Origin: Octopus sinensis
Taxonomy: Eukaryota
DNA: 64,000 nt
NCBI RefSeq assembly: GCF_006345805.1
Contig: NC_043013.1
Span: forward strand, 57,970,001-58,034,000
Reading direction: 5' to 3'
A program made the translations under genes and the position numbers. Positions 13,713 to 27,450 of the stretch are shown piece by piece (within the stretch, counting starts at the first letter, position 1; each line of letters opens with the position of its first letter). The notes under the pieces are model-generated. The model searched no databases and had not been told where the DNA came from. It was given only the letters and a program-made list of their open reading frames with translations.

Positions 13713-14340
13713 ACAAACCATCAACGCCTAGTTTTGATTTTATAGTTCAGCAAATTTTCAGTTTTGTACCATTAGTAGAAAGGGTACTTCAGCAATTTAT
13801 GTTCGTCTTGACCCTCAAAGCAACATAAACCCCACTGCCTGTCAAAAAGTTCTTTCGTCTCCCCAAATGAAAGAGAGTCTTCTGGTGTGTTGCTAAATAT
13901 GTATCTACCAATGTGAGAACCTTCTTATTAAACAAAATGTCTCTGTAAGCAATACTACTGGTGAAATAGGCTCATATTTTCTATCGTTTTTCTTATTGAT
14001 TTGATGAAGCTACAAATCTCTCCAAATCTTGCCTGCTACCAAACATCTGTCTATACTGACATAAACAGAATAGTCAAATATACACTCTAACGTGTTATGC
14101 GAAATTCGTTTATTAACTGTGAAAAGATAAAACATGAACAAGGCTGCTGATAGAATTTGAACCCAGAAACTGGAAGAATGGAATAAAATTATAATTGACA
14201 TTCCCGTCAACAATCCACATCCTCTGGCGTGTTATGTCATTCACATTATCACATATATAAAACCACACACAACCACACACATTTGCGTCAACAACCTACA
14301 ATCTTTTGAATGTAATGTTATTCACATAAACATGTACACA

Positions 14341-14379
<39 letters not shown>

Positions 14380-15305
14380 GGCCATGTTTTTGAAATATTT
14401 AGTAAAATTTCACCTCGTGATTAATGGTACAAATAAAATGGTACAACAAAGAAAAATAAGCTGTACTTGCTTTTGATAGACATTTTCAAAATATAATTAT
14501 AGTGAAATTAATCTACAGTATGTGTCCATTTTGTTGTTGCTTTGAGTTTTAAAAGGAAAATAGCTTATTTCCATTATCTTTCATCCTCTTTTAAATGTGA
14601 TATATGGTTATTTATACATCCCTTCAAGTTCTGGAGTTCATCAATTTACATTTCATGGATAATGTTCATTATAATGAATTTAAACCTTCTATGATAATTG
14701 TTGGCGTTATTTTAGGTTGCCTTTGTTTTTCAGATTTTCCGAAAGATATAAATCCATAAATAATAATATTTACAATAATGCTATGTTGTTGTTGTTGCTT
14801 TTGTGCGTTGTATGATAACTAACTCCAAGCTTTGAGAGGACATCTGATATGAAATGCAATGAATTCAAGGATTTACTGTAATAAATTCCCTTTCCAAGAA
14901 GTACACCATTTGAAGTGTCTGGCGAAAAACGTTTTCTAAAAATTAAAACAAAACAAAATACAAAATTGTCTGAATCTGTACCCCGGGGAGGGAGAGAAAA
15001 TGGGTGAACGCAAGGTCTAATTTGCATACATTAGCACTAACGTAGTTTTATGGGTAAACTAAGTGAAATTGAGGTTCAAACACATTTCAAACCCATTAAA
15101 TGGTTCATCAGAGAAATTAAAGTCTGTGATAAAGCACAAATAATGAAACAAAGTGGAATTAGAATATTTTTGTTTGATCTGGGAATTCATAATTGACTAA
15201 TGCATCTAAAAGCATATTTCCCCGGCAATGGCCAAGTTCTCAGTCAAACGCAGAGAAAAATTATTACTTTGTGAAATGAAAGGATATCACTTATAATGCC
15301 TTTGC

Positions 15306-15309
<4 letters not shown>

Positions 15310-15361
<52 letters not shown>
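15310..15361. repeat. (CT)n microsatellite
   Basis: Visible directly. Confidence 0.95.
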
Positions 15362-15363
<2 letters not shown>

Positions 15364-16276
15364 AATATGACAAATACCTAACAAATAAACTAATATTTAT
15401 TGATGCAAATTTATTTTCAATATATTCTCTGAAGATTTAATTTAATATAAAAATTAGGTATAAAGTCTATATTTATTTATTCACATGAAAGTAACAGCTA
15501 AAATATTTTATCGCCTGTTGTGAAATGACATAATTGGGGCAAGGCATACATTTCATTGAGGTTCCGTTTGTTTCACGCAGGAAATATAGAAACATTTTCT
15601 TTGAATGTATTGTGTATGATTGATTGACAAACAAATTAATAATTCTAAAGTTTCAATTTACAAAATAAAGCAACAGTTGCTGCTACTTTAGTTTTCTCTA
15701 TCAAGGTTCTTTGGTTTCCAGTGAATCTCTTTTATCTGAAGTTCTCACAACCGTAATGCTTTAGTACGGCCGAGTTGATGGGTAAGAGTGAGCATTTTGA
15801 CAAAACGCTGTATTTATTTTTCATTATGACTTTCTTTAAATTTATGCATCGTTGCCTGTTGTGTTTGGCTTTCTACCCTTACTCAGAGCATATAAAATAA
15901 TTACCAATAATTTACTCTGAATTAAGAGAATGCATAACTATTGATATTATGTGCAACCAAGGCGGTATTTCACATCTTAACCATCGCATTCTTGATAAAT
16001 TTATTGAGCCTTCACAAACTATGTCAGATTAGATGTAATAAGCTATAAGGACTGGAAGTATATTTCACTGGCTTTTGAAGTTCGATTTCTTCTACAGAAT
16101 ATAAAATGGCTTCCTGTCTAATTTGAAATATACTGCTTTTCTCTAAACAGAAATCGGTGATCAGGTGTTATTCCGTGGAGTTTTGTGATTAGGAACATTT
16201 TCATTTCAATATGTGACAACGTGTGTTACGTTGGCGATTTTCTTTCTCCGCCTTCCCTTCTTTGGACTTTTTCTAT

Positions 16277-16306
16277 GTTTCTGACGGAGAGCTCCGCTCG
16301 AAACGG
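16277..16306 (+). ncRNA. possible decayed hammerhead core within a short TA-flanked repeat
   Basis: GTTT CTGACGG A GAGC-TCC-GCTC GAAA CG: near-core, 4-bp stem II and GAAAC. Stem III and the stem I partner are not recognisable. Confidence 0.3.
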
Positions 16307-16393
16307 GAAGTCCTCTTTCTTTTCTTTCTTTTCCTGAGTGTCCAATAACACTGTACTTATTCCACGTCTTCGTGCTGTTGTTTTTTCTTGCTT

Positions 16394-16453
<60 letters not shown>

Positions 16454-16456
<3 letters not shown>

Positions 16457-16584
16457 TAGCAATGTGGTAAGAGGTTTGCTTCCCAACTACATTGTCCCGG
16501 GTTCAGTGCTACTGCGAGGCACGTTCGGTCGACCAAAGCCTTGTAAGTGGATTTGGTAAACGGAAACAGAAAAAAAGCCAATAT

Positions 16585-16616
<32 letters not shown>

Positions 16617-16812
16617 AGTGTGTGTGTCCTCACCATCGTTTGACAACCGATGTTGGTGTGTTTACATTCCCGTAACGTAACGACTCGGCAAAAGACACTG
16701 TTACAATAATAAGTATTAGGCTTACAAATAATAAATCCAGGGTTTGATTTCTTCGGCTGAGGGTGGTACTCCAGCATGGCCGTAGCGAGATGACTGAAAC
16801 AAATAAAAGAAT
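16454..16812 (+). mobile_element. tRNA-derived SINE, family B (near full length)
   Basis: GCGTAGCAATGTGGTAAGAGGTTTGCTTCCCAAC...CCGGGTTCAGT tRNA-like head, an internal (TA)/(TG) tract, and a 3' end CTCCAGCATGGCC...GACTGAAACAAATAAAAGAATAAAA. Related copies lie at 10585 and 40545. Confidence 0.75.
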
Positions 16813-17916
16813 AAAAATTACACACGTACACTCACGAGAAGAACAGTTGTACAGTAGAAGCAGGGGTTTTAATACCTTTACGGAATGCGTGTTACAAGCA
16901 ACCTATTCTTGCATTGGCGCTCTCTAGGGATATTTCGTATCACAACGTATACACTTGACATTATTTCATATCAGCGATCGTCTCTCACAGGCATCGCAGG
17001 AAGCTGCAAGTTATCAGATACGTTGCGTATATGTCGTGATTTTGGCTGTAGTTTAGTGAAATGGCTTTATTTCATCGGTAAATTCCTGAGATATTAAACA
17101 GGAAAACTGCTCGTATAAACTTCCGTTATGTATAGGTATACTTTTATGTTGTTATATGGTTATATATCAAATAGGTGCTACGTGTATATATATATATATA
17201 TAATACACATACATATATATATATACGCATATATACATACATATGTGTGTATATGTATATACATACATTTACATATGTGCATATATATATATGCATGTAT
17301 ATATGTGCCTGTGTATGTGTGCGTGTGTGTATGCAACTATGTAAATAATGCATACAGACACAGTTACGTGCCTAAAAACAGACATCGTTTATTTGTGACC
17401 ATCGTATAAGTTTGAAAGCCAATATATTATAATTTTGTTGTGTAGGGAGGTTTTAATGGAATTAGTTGCTTGACAAATGGGTCTCTGGCTCTTTTGTGTG
17501 ATCGAAATATTTCATAAATCTTTGAAAATTGCAAACTATCTGACGGAGTAGAATAACTTATTGAAAACAAGATGAAAAAATATTTCATCACCGACAAATA
17601 TTTCCAGATATTCTTATTGTCTTTTTTTGTTACAATTTGATATATATTCCATTGATATAATGTACACAAATACACACACAATTACACACACGTACACACA
17701 TACATTCACATACACATACTCAATACTATATAAATATATATTCACTACGACTACCTTCAGTAATTTTAAGTGTAAATATTTCGTACGTTTATTAGGATAT
17801 GTCTACCTCCTGCATCCACGGCAAGTTTATTGAAGTAACCTTCTCGGCCCATCAAATTTAAGGTTTACTCTCTCTTTTCGTTTACTTTTTTCATATATAT
17901 ATATATATATATATTG

Positions 17917-17973
<57 letters not shown>

Positions 17974-19302
17974 TGTGTGTATATACTTGCTTATACACAT
18001 ATGTGTATACTTATACGTACGTGTATCATATATCTTTATAAAAGTATACGCATATATCATACATTTATACACACACCCTCGCGCGGGTACGCACACACAC
18101 ATATATAACGCCCAGACATATACATATGTACACATTTACAAGATAAATGACTTTGTATTAAACATCACGAACTACAGAATTATGTCTCAAGATACTTGGC
18201 ATGCTTCCGCATTTTTGAAAATAATTCCGAAAATGTTATCGCAAACCAAATATGCATATTTCTTGTACAAGGTAAAATGTCCCGTGTTTTTTGTACGATG
18301 ATAGAAATTTTTGGAAACTAATTATAAATTTGTTAGGTGCACATGTGTCGTCACGATTATACAAATGTGTGTATGTGTGAGTGTTCATTGGTGTGTAACC
18401 AGTATAAGAAACTTAGTTTAAATCTGTTAGTAAATGAAGCATAAGTACATTGTTAGGTCTAAGGGAAAGAACCCTTGAAAAACATATATTGTAAATGAAA
18501 ACAGTGCAACTCAAAACAGGAGAAACGAAATCGTTCCCGAAGTTAATGAGAGTAACAGCTATTGCTATTTCGCGGCTGTTTACTGGCACACATTCAGTAA
18601 GTATGTTGCATTGATAATGTTTACATTAATATGGCGCTCTAAAGCAAAATTTGAATCTTGGTGCATTGTACAAGCACCTCTCTCTACAAATGCCTGTTGC
18701 TGCAGAACCGAATTGTTCATGTTAAAGTAGATGATTTATTTTTGTTTTCAATTGTTTCTTTGTGAGACATTTGCAGATTATACATGAATAGGCAGAAGTA
18801 GTAAATATGTTTGGCAGGTTTGCTTATTGCAAACACAGTAACATCAATACCGACAACAACAGCAACCACAGCAACATCTACAACAACCTTATATCGTTTA
18901 TCAATATGTCGCCTGTTAATCGATGTATTTACAGTACAGCTGCATGACTTGTATTTCATGTATGTTTATGTTTAATATGATTGTATTGTAGTGAAAACCT
19001 AACAGCAACCCGATGACTTATTCGTTATGGTAATCGCAGCTTACAGTCGTCTCAGAGTTGATTTGCTAAGAGATCTCTAAAGCAGTTCTTTGATTCCTTA
19101 TATTTGCATTTACTATACATACAAAAGACAAGATTCAGTATCCTTAGAAGACAACTTACGAATTACATTAATTCTTTCTCCCTTCCTTCAATACGCTTTC
19201 ATCTCCTTCGCTACTAATATATGTATTTATATATAAGGGGATCCTTATTAACATCTTCGTTCAACTACATTTATTTATTTATTCATATATATACATATAT
19301 AC

Positions 19303-19385
<83 letters not shown>

Positions 19386-19605
19386 CAATTCAAGTACAAT
19401 TCAAATAAACGAACAAAAAACAAAACAGACGAACGGCAGGCTGTGCACAAGAGCTATATTAGCTTGACGCTCGATGAAAGGAGACGGTTTAATATTTTGA
19501 GCATAGCTCTCCGACGGAAAGGAGAAAGAGAAAAATCCAACGGCACATGCGTATTTACATTGTTGAAGTGACCATACACACACACGTCCATTTATATAGA
19601 GAGAA

Positions 19606-19637
19606 CTAGCCTAAGGTGACCCGCTCTACGCGCGGGT
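19606..19637 (-). mobile_element. Helitron-type 3' terminus
   Basis: Minus strand: hairpin ACCCGC-GCGTAGA-GCGGGT, a 9-nt spacer, then CTAG followed by T, the canonical Helitron 3' signature. The 5' end was not located; the element probably extends to about 20300. Confidence 0.6.
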
Positions 19638-21865
19638 AAGAGTGTGGTTGTTACTTTCTGTTGCTTCCTTTCTGTTTTTTATCACCACATTCTCCCTCTT
19701 TGTTTCTCTCTCCTTTCTCTCTCACTTTCCCACTCTCTTACTCTTCCTTTCTCTCGGACTCTCCCTCGCTTTCTCTTACTCTCTATCTTTCTCTATCTCT
19801 CTCTCTCCCATTTATAAACAACAAAAGATCTTGAGTAAGTTGAGAAAGGGAAATATTTGGAAAGATCAATCATAAATATCAGGCAGTGACAATGGAAAGG
19901 TCTGCTTCAAGGCAGACAGCAAAATACTAACATTTAAAAGGGACAGACGAACGTGCGAGCTGAATAAAAATAATAAAATATTGGAAACCAAAGTTTGAAG
20001 GGATAGAATCTGAGGATAGTAGAGTCACCATGGCTGGCATTTCTTAACGACGGACAGCAACGTAGTGGCAGTTTTACGGCTGGCGTAAAATTTTGAACTT
20101 GATGTAAAATAAAATTCCTAAACACCAAGTTTTGAAGTGATTCTTTCTCACGACAGTAGACTCACCGTGGCAAGCATTCAAAACTTCTTCATCATGGACG
20201 GCAACACATTGACGCAAATTTTTTAGCTTGTAACAGAGAATTTCTAAACACCCGCTCCTGTAAATTTTTATCCTCTTCCAGCCCCATTTAGACCCCTTTT
20301 CACATTTTGGTTAATATAACCCGATTTCATCCGGGTCTACTCGGGCCGCATTTTATAAGATGAGGAATTTTGTCCTACAGGTCACGCCTTTCATTTGAGG
20401 AAAAAAATATTTGCTATGCAAATTCGCCAGCACTTTTAACATAGGTGCGCATATTTTCAGCTGAACCGACCACATAATGCACACATAATATATATAAATA
20501 TTTGTTGTGCAAGATTTTTTATGTGAAGTCGTGTGTTGAAACAGATATTCTTATATTTCGGAATGGTCATTTTGCCAGTTTAGCCAATAAAAACACACGC
20601 TCTATATATTTGGTGTTATTTTGCTTCAGTGTTATTTATTTTTTACATTAATCTTAATCTTATTTCGGCCAGAGTTCTTTCGTCACACTCCTGTGACCGC
20701 ATCAGTGGTCCTTTGTTTTCCTCTTTCTTATTTGTGTCTCTACTTACTAACCGACAGCCATTTTGTATTTCTATTGTATGTCTTCATTTGCGCATGCTTA
20801 TATCTCTATGTGCGTCTATGTTTATTTAGTGTGTGTATGTGGGGGGATGCTTGTAATATTTGTATCTTCTGTTTATATACGTTCATGTAATTTATATTTT
20901 GTTTTTGTTGTTGTTTTTTTTGTTTATTCTTATTTTGTTCATGTGTTTACATCCACTTATTATTATCATTACATATGCTTGTATGTATGTATGTATGTAT
21001 AACAACAATACTAGTAATAATAATAATAAATCGAATCGAAAAAGAATTAAATTTAAAAAATATATATATATAGTTATTTATTTCTATTTGTTTATTTATC
21101 TGTGTATTTATTATGTGTTCGGGATCCTCTATCGTCATATGTTGTGGTGTGTGCTATTGCTCCATTCTAGTTTTCTATTTCGATGCCCCCATTGGCGGCG
21201 TTACACTTATCTGGCTTATAAATAACGCTTATAAATAATACCTGCACCCATAGCCCTTGGTAATAAATTCTGAAATAGCCTTTAAGATAATTACGATTAA
21301 CCACTGCAAGGGAATTACTCCTGTGAGATAAACGGGGCTTTGTTTTTGACGACGGGGGGGTTTCTTTGACAAGGCATTGTTAGACGAACACACGCACACA
21401 TAAAACATAAAATATTTTTCTGCCACCCAACGGTTTTTACTGCGGTAGCCATTGTGTAGAGCTGTTTAACAACTGACAGCCGAGCGATCAAACGCACACA
21501 CGTACACAAAAAATGTTTTCTACCCCTTGACGGAGTTCTCAGCACTGACCAGAAAATAGCGCTTCTTGCCAACCTGCGCCAGCACACATATATAGAACAG
21601 TAAACACACACATGTCTCTAAGTAGATTTTTTCTCGCCCCTTATAATACATCCAATATTCTTTAAATAGTCAGAACTTTATTCTCGGTCACAAAGAACAT
21701 CTACACACCCTCACCCACAGGAATGACCGCTGCCTGACCCGTTAAAATCAACCACCGGTTCTCAACATACACTGATAAACAGTTTTGCCATGGGCTCTTA
21801 GGAGCCTAGTTCGATTTGTTTTGCTCCGCCTCTGTTCTGTTTTTGTTTTTTCCAACGGATTTCCT

Positions 21866-21956
21866 ATTTCTTCCTGAAGAGAAAGACACAATATGGTCTC
21901 ATTATTCAATCGGATTTTGGTAAATTGTGCCTTTCGAAACACGTGTAGAATGAAAT
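21866..21956 (+). ncRNA. type I hammerhead ribozyme, intact core
   Basis: Stem I ATTTC-TTC (21866-73) / GAA-t-GAAAT (21948-56); CTGAAGA 21874-80; stem II GAAAG-A-CACAAT / ATTGTG-C-CTTTC with G10.1-C11.1; GAAA 21936-39; palindromic stem III ACACGTGT; cleavage triplet GUA (after A21947). Confidence 0.85.
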
Positions 21957-22359
21957 AAAACGATTTCTGTTCAATCTTCGTTCAGCTCCATTTCTTCAAT
22001 TCACCAATAATATTAAAATTCAATTATCCGCACCAACGCACGGTTGCAACACCATATGGTTGTACCTCCAACCGTGCTGTCTTCTGCAGTGATATTTGCT
22101 ACCAAGGTATCGGTTAAAATTTTTGATTAATCTGCTACAAGATTATTCATCTTTCTATTTCACATAATATATATATATATAATATATATATATATATATG
22201 TACATATATACGCATTATATATATATATATATATTATATATATATATTTCGTTCATTTATTAGGATATGTCTACCTCCTGCATCCACAGCAAGTTTATTG
22301 AAGTAACCTTCTCGGCCTAATATAACCCGATTTCATTCCCACTCTCTTACTCTTGTGTT

Positions 22360-22536
22360 ATCATCGGATCAGCTGCACCTTATCTAAATAATAGAGCAGG
22401 ATGCCAACTATGTTGTGTGGAACTCCTGAATATCTTGAAATTCAAGGAGAAACACAATCTTATTAACAAAAGGTCAGAGTTCAAGCCATCTTGTATACAC
22501 AAACTTATTAATACTTTCAAATACTACAAAACTTAG
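22360..22536 (+). pseudogene. Naiad-type Penelope GIY-YIG endonuclease C-terminal fragment (absent from the ORF track)
   Basis: Translates to IIGSAAPYLNNRAGCQLCCVELLNILKFKEKHNLINKRSEFKPSCIHKLINTFKYYKT*. It is homologous to the C-terminus of ORF 50016-50579 (AQPY...GCQLC...LLNNRLEL..SCIH...TFKY). Confidence 0.8.
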
Positions 22537-24774
22537 GCTATTATTCCAACTCCCCCATGCAATTTCCTCCCACCCAAGTGCAACCTGTCGGCTCCAGCGC
22601 ATCCCGTTTTCCTATATATATTTTTTCCTATATATACACACATTTTGTCTCCCATATATGTTTTTTCCTATATATTTCTTCTCCTACACCTACATTCTTC
22701 CTATCTAGATTTTTTGTTTCCCTATATCTATGCCTTTTTCCATTTCTAACTCTGATGTTGAGCGCACACCACCAAACCCCGCGTCCCACCCTTCCAATTT
22801 CCAGTTCCCCCCGCCCGCTCCTACGTGGTCACCTTTAGCACACACCTTTAACTTTACATTTTCAACTACCTTTTATTTTTACCTTCATCTCATGTTAAGC
22901 CTCACCCGACTACATTCTTATTTTATTTTATCCTATTTTATTTTACTTTACTTTTATTCTTATTTTTATTTTCATTCTTTATTTTAATTTTTATAGTTTC
23001 TATAATTTTATATTTTATTTCTAATTTTTATACTTTATTTCTTATTTTTATTTCTAATTCTTATTCTTACCCTTATTCTTACTCCTATTTTTACCCCTAT
23101 TTTATCACTTTATATCTCTATATAGGTCTGTTTTTAGCTTTTTTCTTATTTACTTATCTATGTATCCGCTTTATGATTATACGTGTGTCTGTGTATGTAT
23201 GTATATGTATACATGTGTATGCGTGTGTATGAGTAAATACCTGTGTCTAGATGTGTACCCCCCCGTTATACTTCTTTAATAATTTTTTTACATGCTTTTG
23301 TAGATTTCTTATATACATATTTTTATACATCTTTTAATATCTTATATCTATACCTATATGTGTGTGTGTCTGTGTATGTGTATGTAAGTGTATGTGTACA
23401 CGCACGTATAGACACACAGATGTGTGTGCGCGTGCGTGTAGACACGTGTGCGTGGGTCCGTTTCTTTACGTGGGTTTGCAGATTTCTTATATACATTTTT
23501 TATACATCTCTTAATATCTTATATCTATACCTATATGTGTGGGTGTCTGTGTATGCGTATCAAAGTGTATGCGCACACGCACGTATGGACACACAGATGT
23601 GTGTGTGTGTGCGTGCGGATACGTGTGTATGGGTCCGTGTGTGTGTATGTATGCGTGTATGCATGCACACGTGGGTGTGCATGTATGCACACATATATAT
23701 ATGTGCGTGAGCAGGTATGGGCGTGTGTATATTTGTGTGTATGCATATGTGTATATATGCATATGTATATATGTGCATATATATGTATGCATATATGTGT
23801 GTGTATATGTATATGCGTATGTGTGTGTGTATATATATATGTACATGTATATTGTCCGTGTATATATATACATATTCTGTTGTGTGTATATATATATGCG
23901 TATGTGCGCGCGTGTTTATGTGTATACATATTCCTGCCCACACGCATAGGGATTCACTTCGTCTTGTGCATGCGTGTAAGTGCGAGTGTGCCTATATGAA
24001 CGCATGAGAGTGTATGTACGTACGCGTGCGCATCGGTTCGTGTACCCAACTACATGCGCCTTTTTCCATATATATCTGTATATGTTTACACGTGAGTACG
24101 TATGTATGCTTGTATGCGTATATGTGCGCGTATATATGGGTGTATGTATCCATGCGGGTGCGTATGTACACGATGACCATTTAATACGTTACGAAGAACT
24201 AGATAAGCTGCTCAACAACTCTAATTTACAATACACTAGGTCCCCAGACGCCCCGATTGATTTATGACACCCAAGACTTCTACAACCAGAATTTGTCATT
24301 TTCCTGACCACCATGTTTGGTCCGTAACTACTATATATCCCTTATCCTTATATTCTTTTACACTTTTTATTTTTATTTTTATAACTTTATACCTTTATAT
24401 TCATTTATATTTTTTTATATTTTTTATATCTCTTTATATCTTTATACTCTACATTTTTATATTTTTATATACTTACACTTTTTATATATTTTTTATCCTT
24501 CGTCCTGAATTCTCGCCCCTCCATCTTTATCTCTATTTGCTCTTATTACCAGGTTCCTTCACGTCTGTCTGTATTTATATATTTATATATGTATATTTAT
24601 TTATTTATTTATATTATTCAACATCCAAACTTCCTCATTCTACATTGAGAGAAGAACGAGATGGACGCTTCATTTTTATGCTGTTGCCGCATTACGTCGT
24701 ACGCGAATGAGAGGATTTGCATCCCCAACCAAGAATTTTTGATGTAATACATGTCCTTGAAGAAGTAGTTGTGC

Positions 24775-24852
24775 GCGGCTGAAGAAGGCCACAGACGCAC
24801 ATTATGCATTGTTATAAATCCGTCTAATAAAGGCCCGAAACATATGTACCGC
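24775..24852 (+). ncRNA. type I hammerhead ribozyme, intact core
   Basis: GCGG | CTGAAGA (24779-85) | A-GGCC..AGACG...CGTCT..GGCC-C | GAAA (24837-40) | ACATATGT palindrome | A (GUA, 24848) | CCGC. Stem I is only 4 bp, and stem II closes with an A-C mismatch. Confidence 0.75.
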
Positions 24853-24888
24853 TGAATCCTTGGCATCATGTTTTTATTTTGATTAATT

Positions 24889-25027
<139 letters not shown>

Positions 25028-25101
25028 GGAGTAAACACATAAATGTGAAACAAGGTGGAAAAAATAGTACTCAAATACCAGGGTAGAGTAATATGCTTTA
25101 C

Positions 25102-25245
25102 TTAAAAGCAGCAGAAATTCAACAAAACATGTTGCTCTGTGTTTCACGTTCCCGTTCGTCGGATAGTTTTTTAACAAAAACTGTCCGACGAACGGAAACG
25201 TGAAACTCCGTGTAACAGGTTTTGTTGTATTTCTGCTGCTTTTAA
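25102..25245. repeat. fold-back element made of two inverted HHR-like copies
   Basis: The arms TTAAAAGCAGCAGAAAT..GTTTCACGTT.CCGTTCGTCGGA..AGTTTTT and AAAAACT..TCCGACGAACGG.AACGTGAAAC..ATTTCTGCTGCTTTTAA are reverse complements. Confidence 0.85.
25177..25223 (+). ncRNA. hammerhead-like motif with a U4>C core variant
   Basis: AAAACTGT | CCGACGA | ACG-GAAA-CGT | GAAA | CTCCGTG T | A (GUA) | ACAG-g-TTTT. The mirror copy at 25124-25170 (minus strand) has the same CCGACGA. Confidence 0.55.
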
Positions 25246-25251
25246 ATAAAT

Positions 25252-25303
<52 letters not shown>

Positions 25304-26380
25304 GTGTGTGTGTGTGTGTGCGTGTGTGTACACGTTATATATACAAATTTATACAAATTATATATATATATATATATATAATATATATATATATATATAA
25401 ATACAGATATATACACTTTGTATATATACATTATATATACATATTTATATATAGAACACACACACACACACACATAAATTAACCCAATAAATATCTGATT
25501 CATAATATTTGTTCTCATGATTGCGTGGTCGTGGTGGCGATAATATATGCATTCTATGAATGCAGACAGACGTAGAGAGTGTGAAAGCGCTGTCGAAGGC
25601 GGCGGGGGAAGATATAGGACGCTGTGAAACGACGTTATAGAGAGAAATTGAAGGGAAGGGAGGTAGACGCTGTGAAACGATGTCATAGAGAGAATGTGAA
25701 AGGAAGGGAGGAAAGAGAGTGAGAGATGGAGAAAGACACACACATAAAATAATGAGAGTAGACTTGTCAAAGTGTGCGTTTTTGGCCCTAGCAACAACAC
25801 CTTTTAAGATGGGGACTTCTAATCTAGACTTCTAACAACTCGCATCCTCACCTCATTTTACATGTCCCTGTAAATTTTGGAGTCAATCCGACGGGATCTA
25901 GTGGCCTTTAACCCGTTCTTAAGCCAAAACCAGACAAACAAACTTTTTGCATTTCAGAATTATAACATAGAGGTGATTATGACAAATCAGTAATAGAAGA
26001 CTGATAAAGTTTGTTTCTAGGGAATTGGTTCCAGAGAAATTTACTGACATCTTGTGAAAACCAATGTTTTTTGCCAATTTCCTTTGTATCTATCGTTATA
26101 GAATAAATCATATATACTACAGGCGTTGTTGGGTTTTCGACATTATGTCACTTCTATCTGAAGAGCGTTCCACTCAATTATAACTCATCAATTATATTCA
26201 CTTTTAATTAAGTAAAAATGAATGCACAGTTTGACTATACCCACATGTATGTACGTATCTATATGTATGTATCTATATGTATATATATATATATTACATC
26301 AATTCTTTCTCCATTCGTTCCATGCATTTTCATCTCATTCACAGTATATTTCTTTTGTAATACATGTATAAAACTCCTAA

Positions 26381-26537
26381 AATTTGGAAAGAATGATAAT
26401 GTGGTGACGTGGTATGAAGGCAAAATCGCATAACAAAAACAAGAAACATTATAGAGCAACAACAAAAGCTACGGAATGTTCGTGTGTTAAATAGAAATAT
26501 GTGTACAGATGCCTCTTGTTATCATTATGTATTTAAC
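26381..26537 (+). repeat. 157-bp direct repeat, copy 1 (copy 2 at 29175-29331)
   Basis: AATTTGGAAAGAATGATAATG...ATCATTATGTATTTAAC is repeated with about 5 substitutions. Confidence 0.9.
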
Positions 26538-26589
26538 CTAATAAACCTAATTTTCACTCTGATGTTAAATTCTCTTGCCTCTCATAGCT

Positions 26590-27290
26590 AAGTACATACC
26601 CACACTTAGGAATGTCAATGTGTCAGAGTTAAATGATTGGTTTACTAAAATCCCAGATAAAAAGAAGACAAATATTCTTATGGACATATCTAAATATTAT
26701 GCCTCTGAAAACGTCAGCTCTTATTATAGAGTAGAAGTAGATATTATTTTCTGAACTAGGGAAGCAATTATAATATTTGAGGGAAAGCACTGGGTGAGAA
26801 AGGATATACCAGAAATGTTCGATATAACTATGGGATCGGCAGACTCTACGCAGGCAACAGACTTAGAAGGTATATACATTTTATTCTTCCTGTTTAAGGA
26901 ACTACCAGAAATAGGAGGAGGATGCACTTTTCACCCTGTTTAATCCCTCATACCGGGAAAGAAAAAATATAGGTAGTAACTGTATAAATAATATAAAACG
27001 TGATATAGACCATAGTGTTAATAATCATGATACTAAGCTTAATATGGAAAACACCACAAATGAAATGGAACAGACAATGAGACATAGTTTTGGATTGGAA
27101 ATCTGTGCAAATAGAATATAACAATAGGGTTCCCTGTTCTACCATCCAGAGTCTTTTTCACCGACGGCTTTCGAATTTTTCATCATGTCTCAACTTTGAA
27201 TGTAACATTGATCTTTTCAGATATTCACCTTATAAAACATTCTATACGAATGAATCTCGCTCCCAATATTAATATCACTTGCGATATGAA
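26590..27290 (+). pseudogene. decayed Naiad-type PLE reverse transcriptase
   Basis: Frames give ELNDWFTKIPDKKKTNILMDISKYYAS and WVRKDIPEMFDITMGSADSTQATDLEGIYILF, matching the Naiad RT pattern V.EWF..I.NK....FDI..FYPSI / [22 protein letters not shown] recalled from the literature. Confidence 0.65.
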
Positions 27291-27450
27291 TTGTCTTTTG
27301 GTGCTTATTCTTGATGAAAACGTTTGAGGAAGTGCAGAATGTTGGTGTTATATCACGTAACTTAATATTTTCATGATTAAAATGTCCTTTCTCGGTTTAT
27401 CTTTAATAGTCCGAGCAGAATCTCTCTCAATTTATATATATATGTATAGG

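Larger units (their letters stand above)
22360..24870 (+). mobile_element. 5'-truncated Naiad-type PLE with a microsatellite-expanded 3' region ending in an HHR
   Basis: The EN fragment is followed by a T-rich and (TG/TA)-rich region, an HHR at 24775-24852, and then (TA)n. That the whole span is a single element is inferred. Confidence 0.5.

Noticed and set aside
15061-15130. Minus-strand CTGATGA...GAAA HHR candidate
   Set aside because: There is no stem III/UH and no stem I partner in type I or type III topology.
21170-21700. GC-enriched block with CCAAT/GATA-like words as a promoter
   Set aside because: There is no associated exon or TSS evidence, and the short motifs are uninformative.
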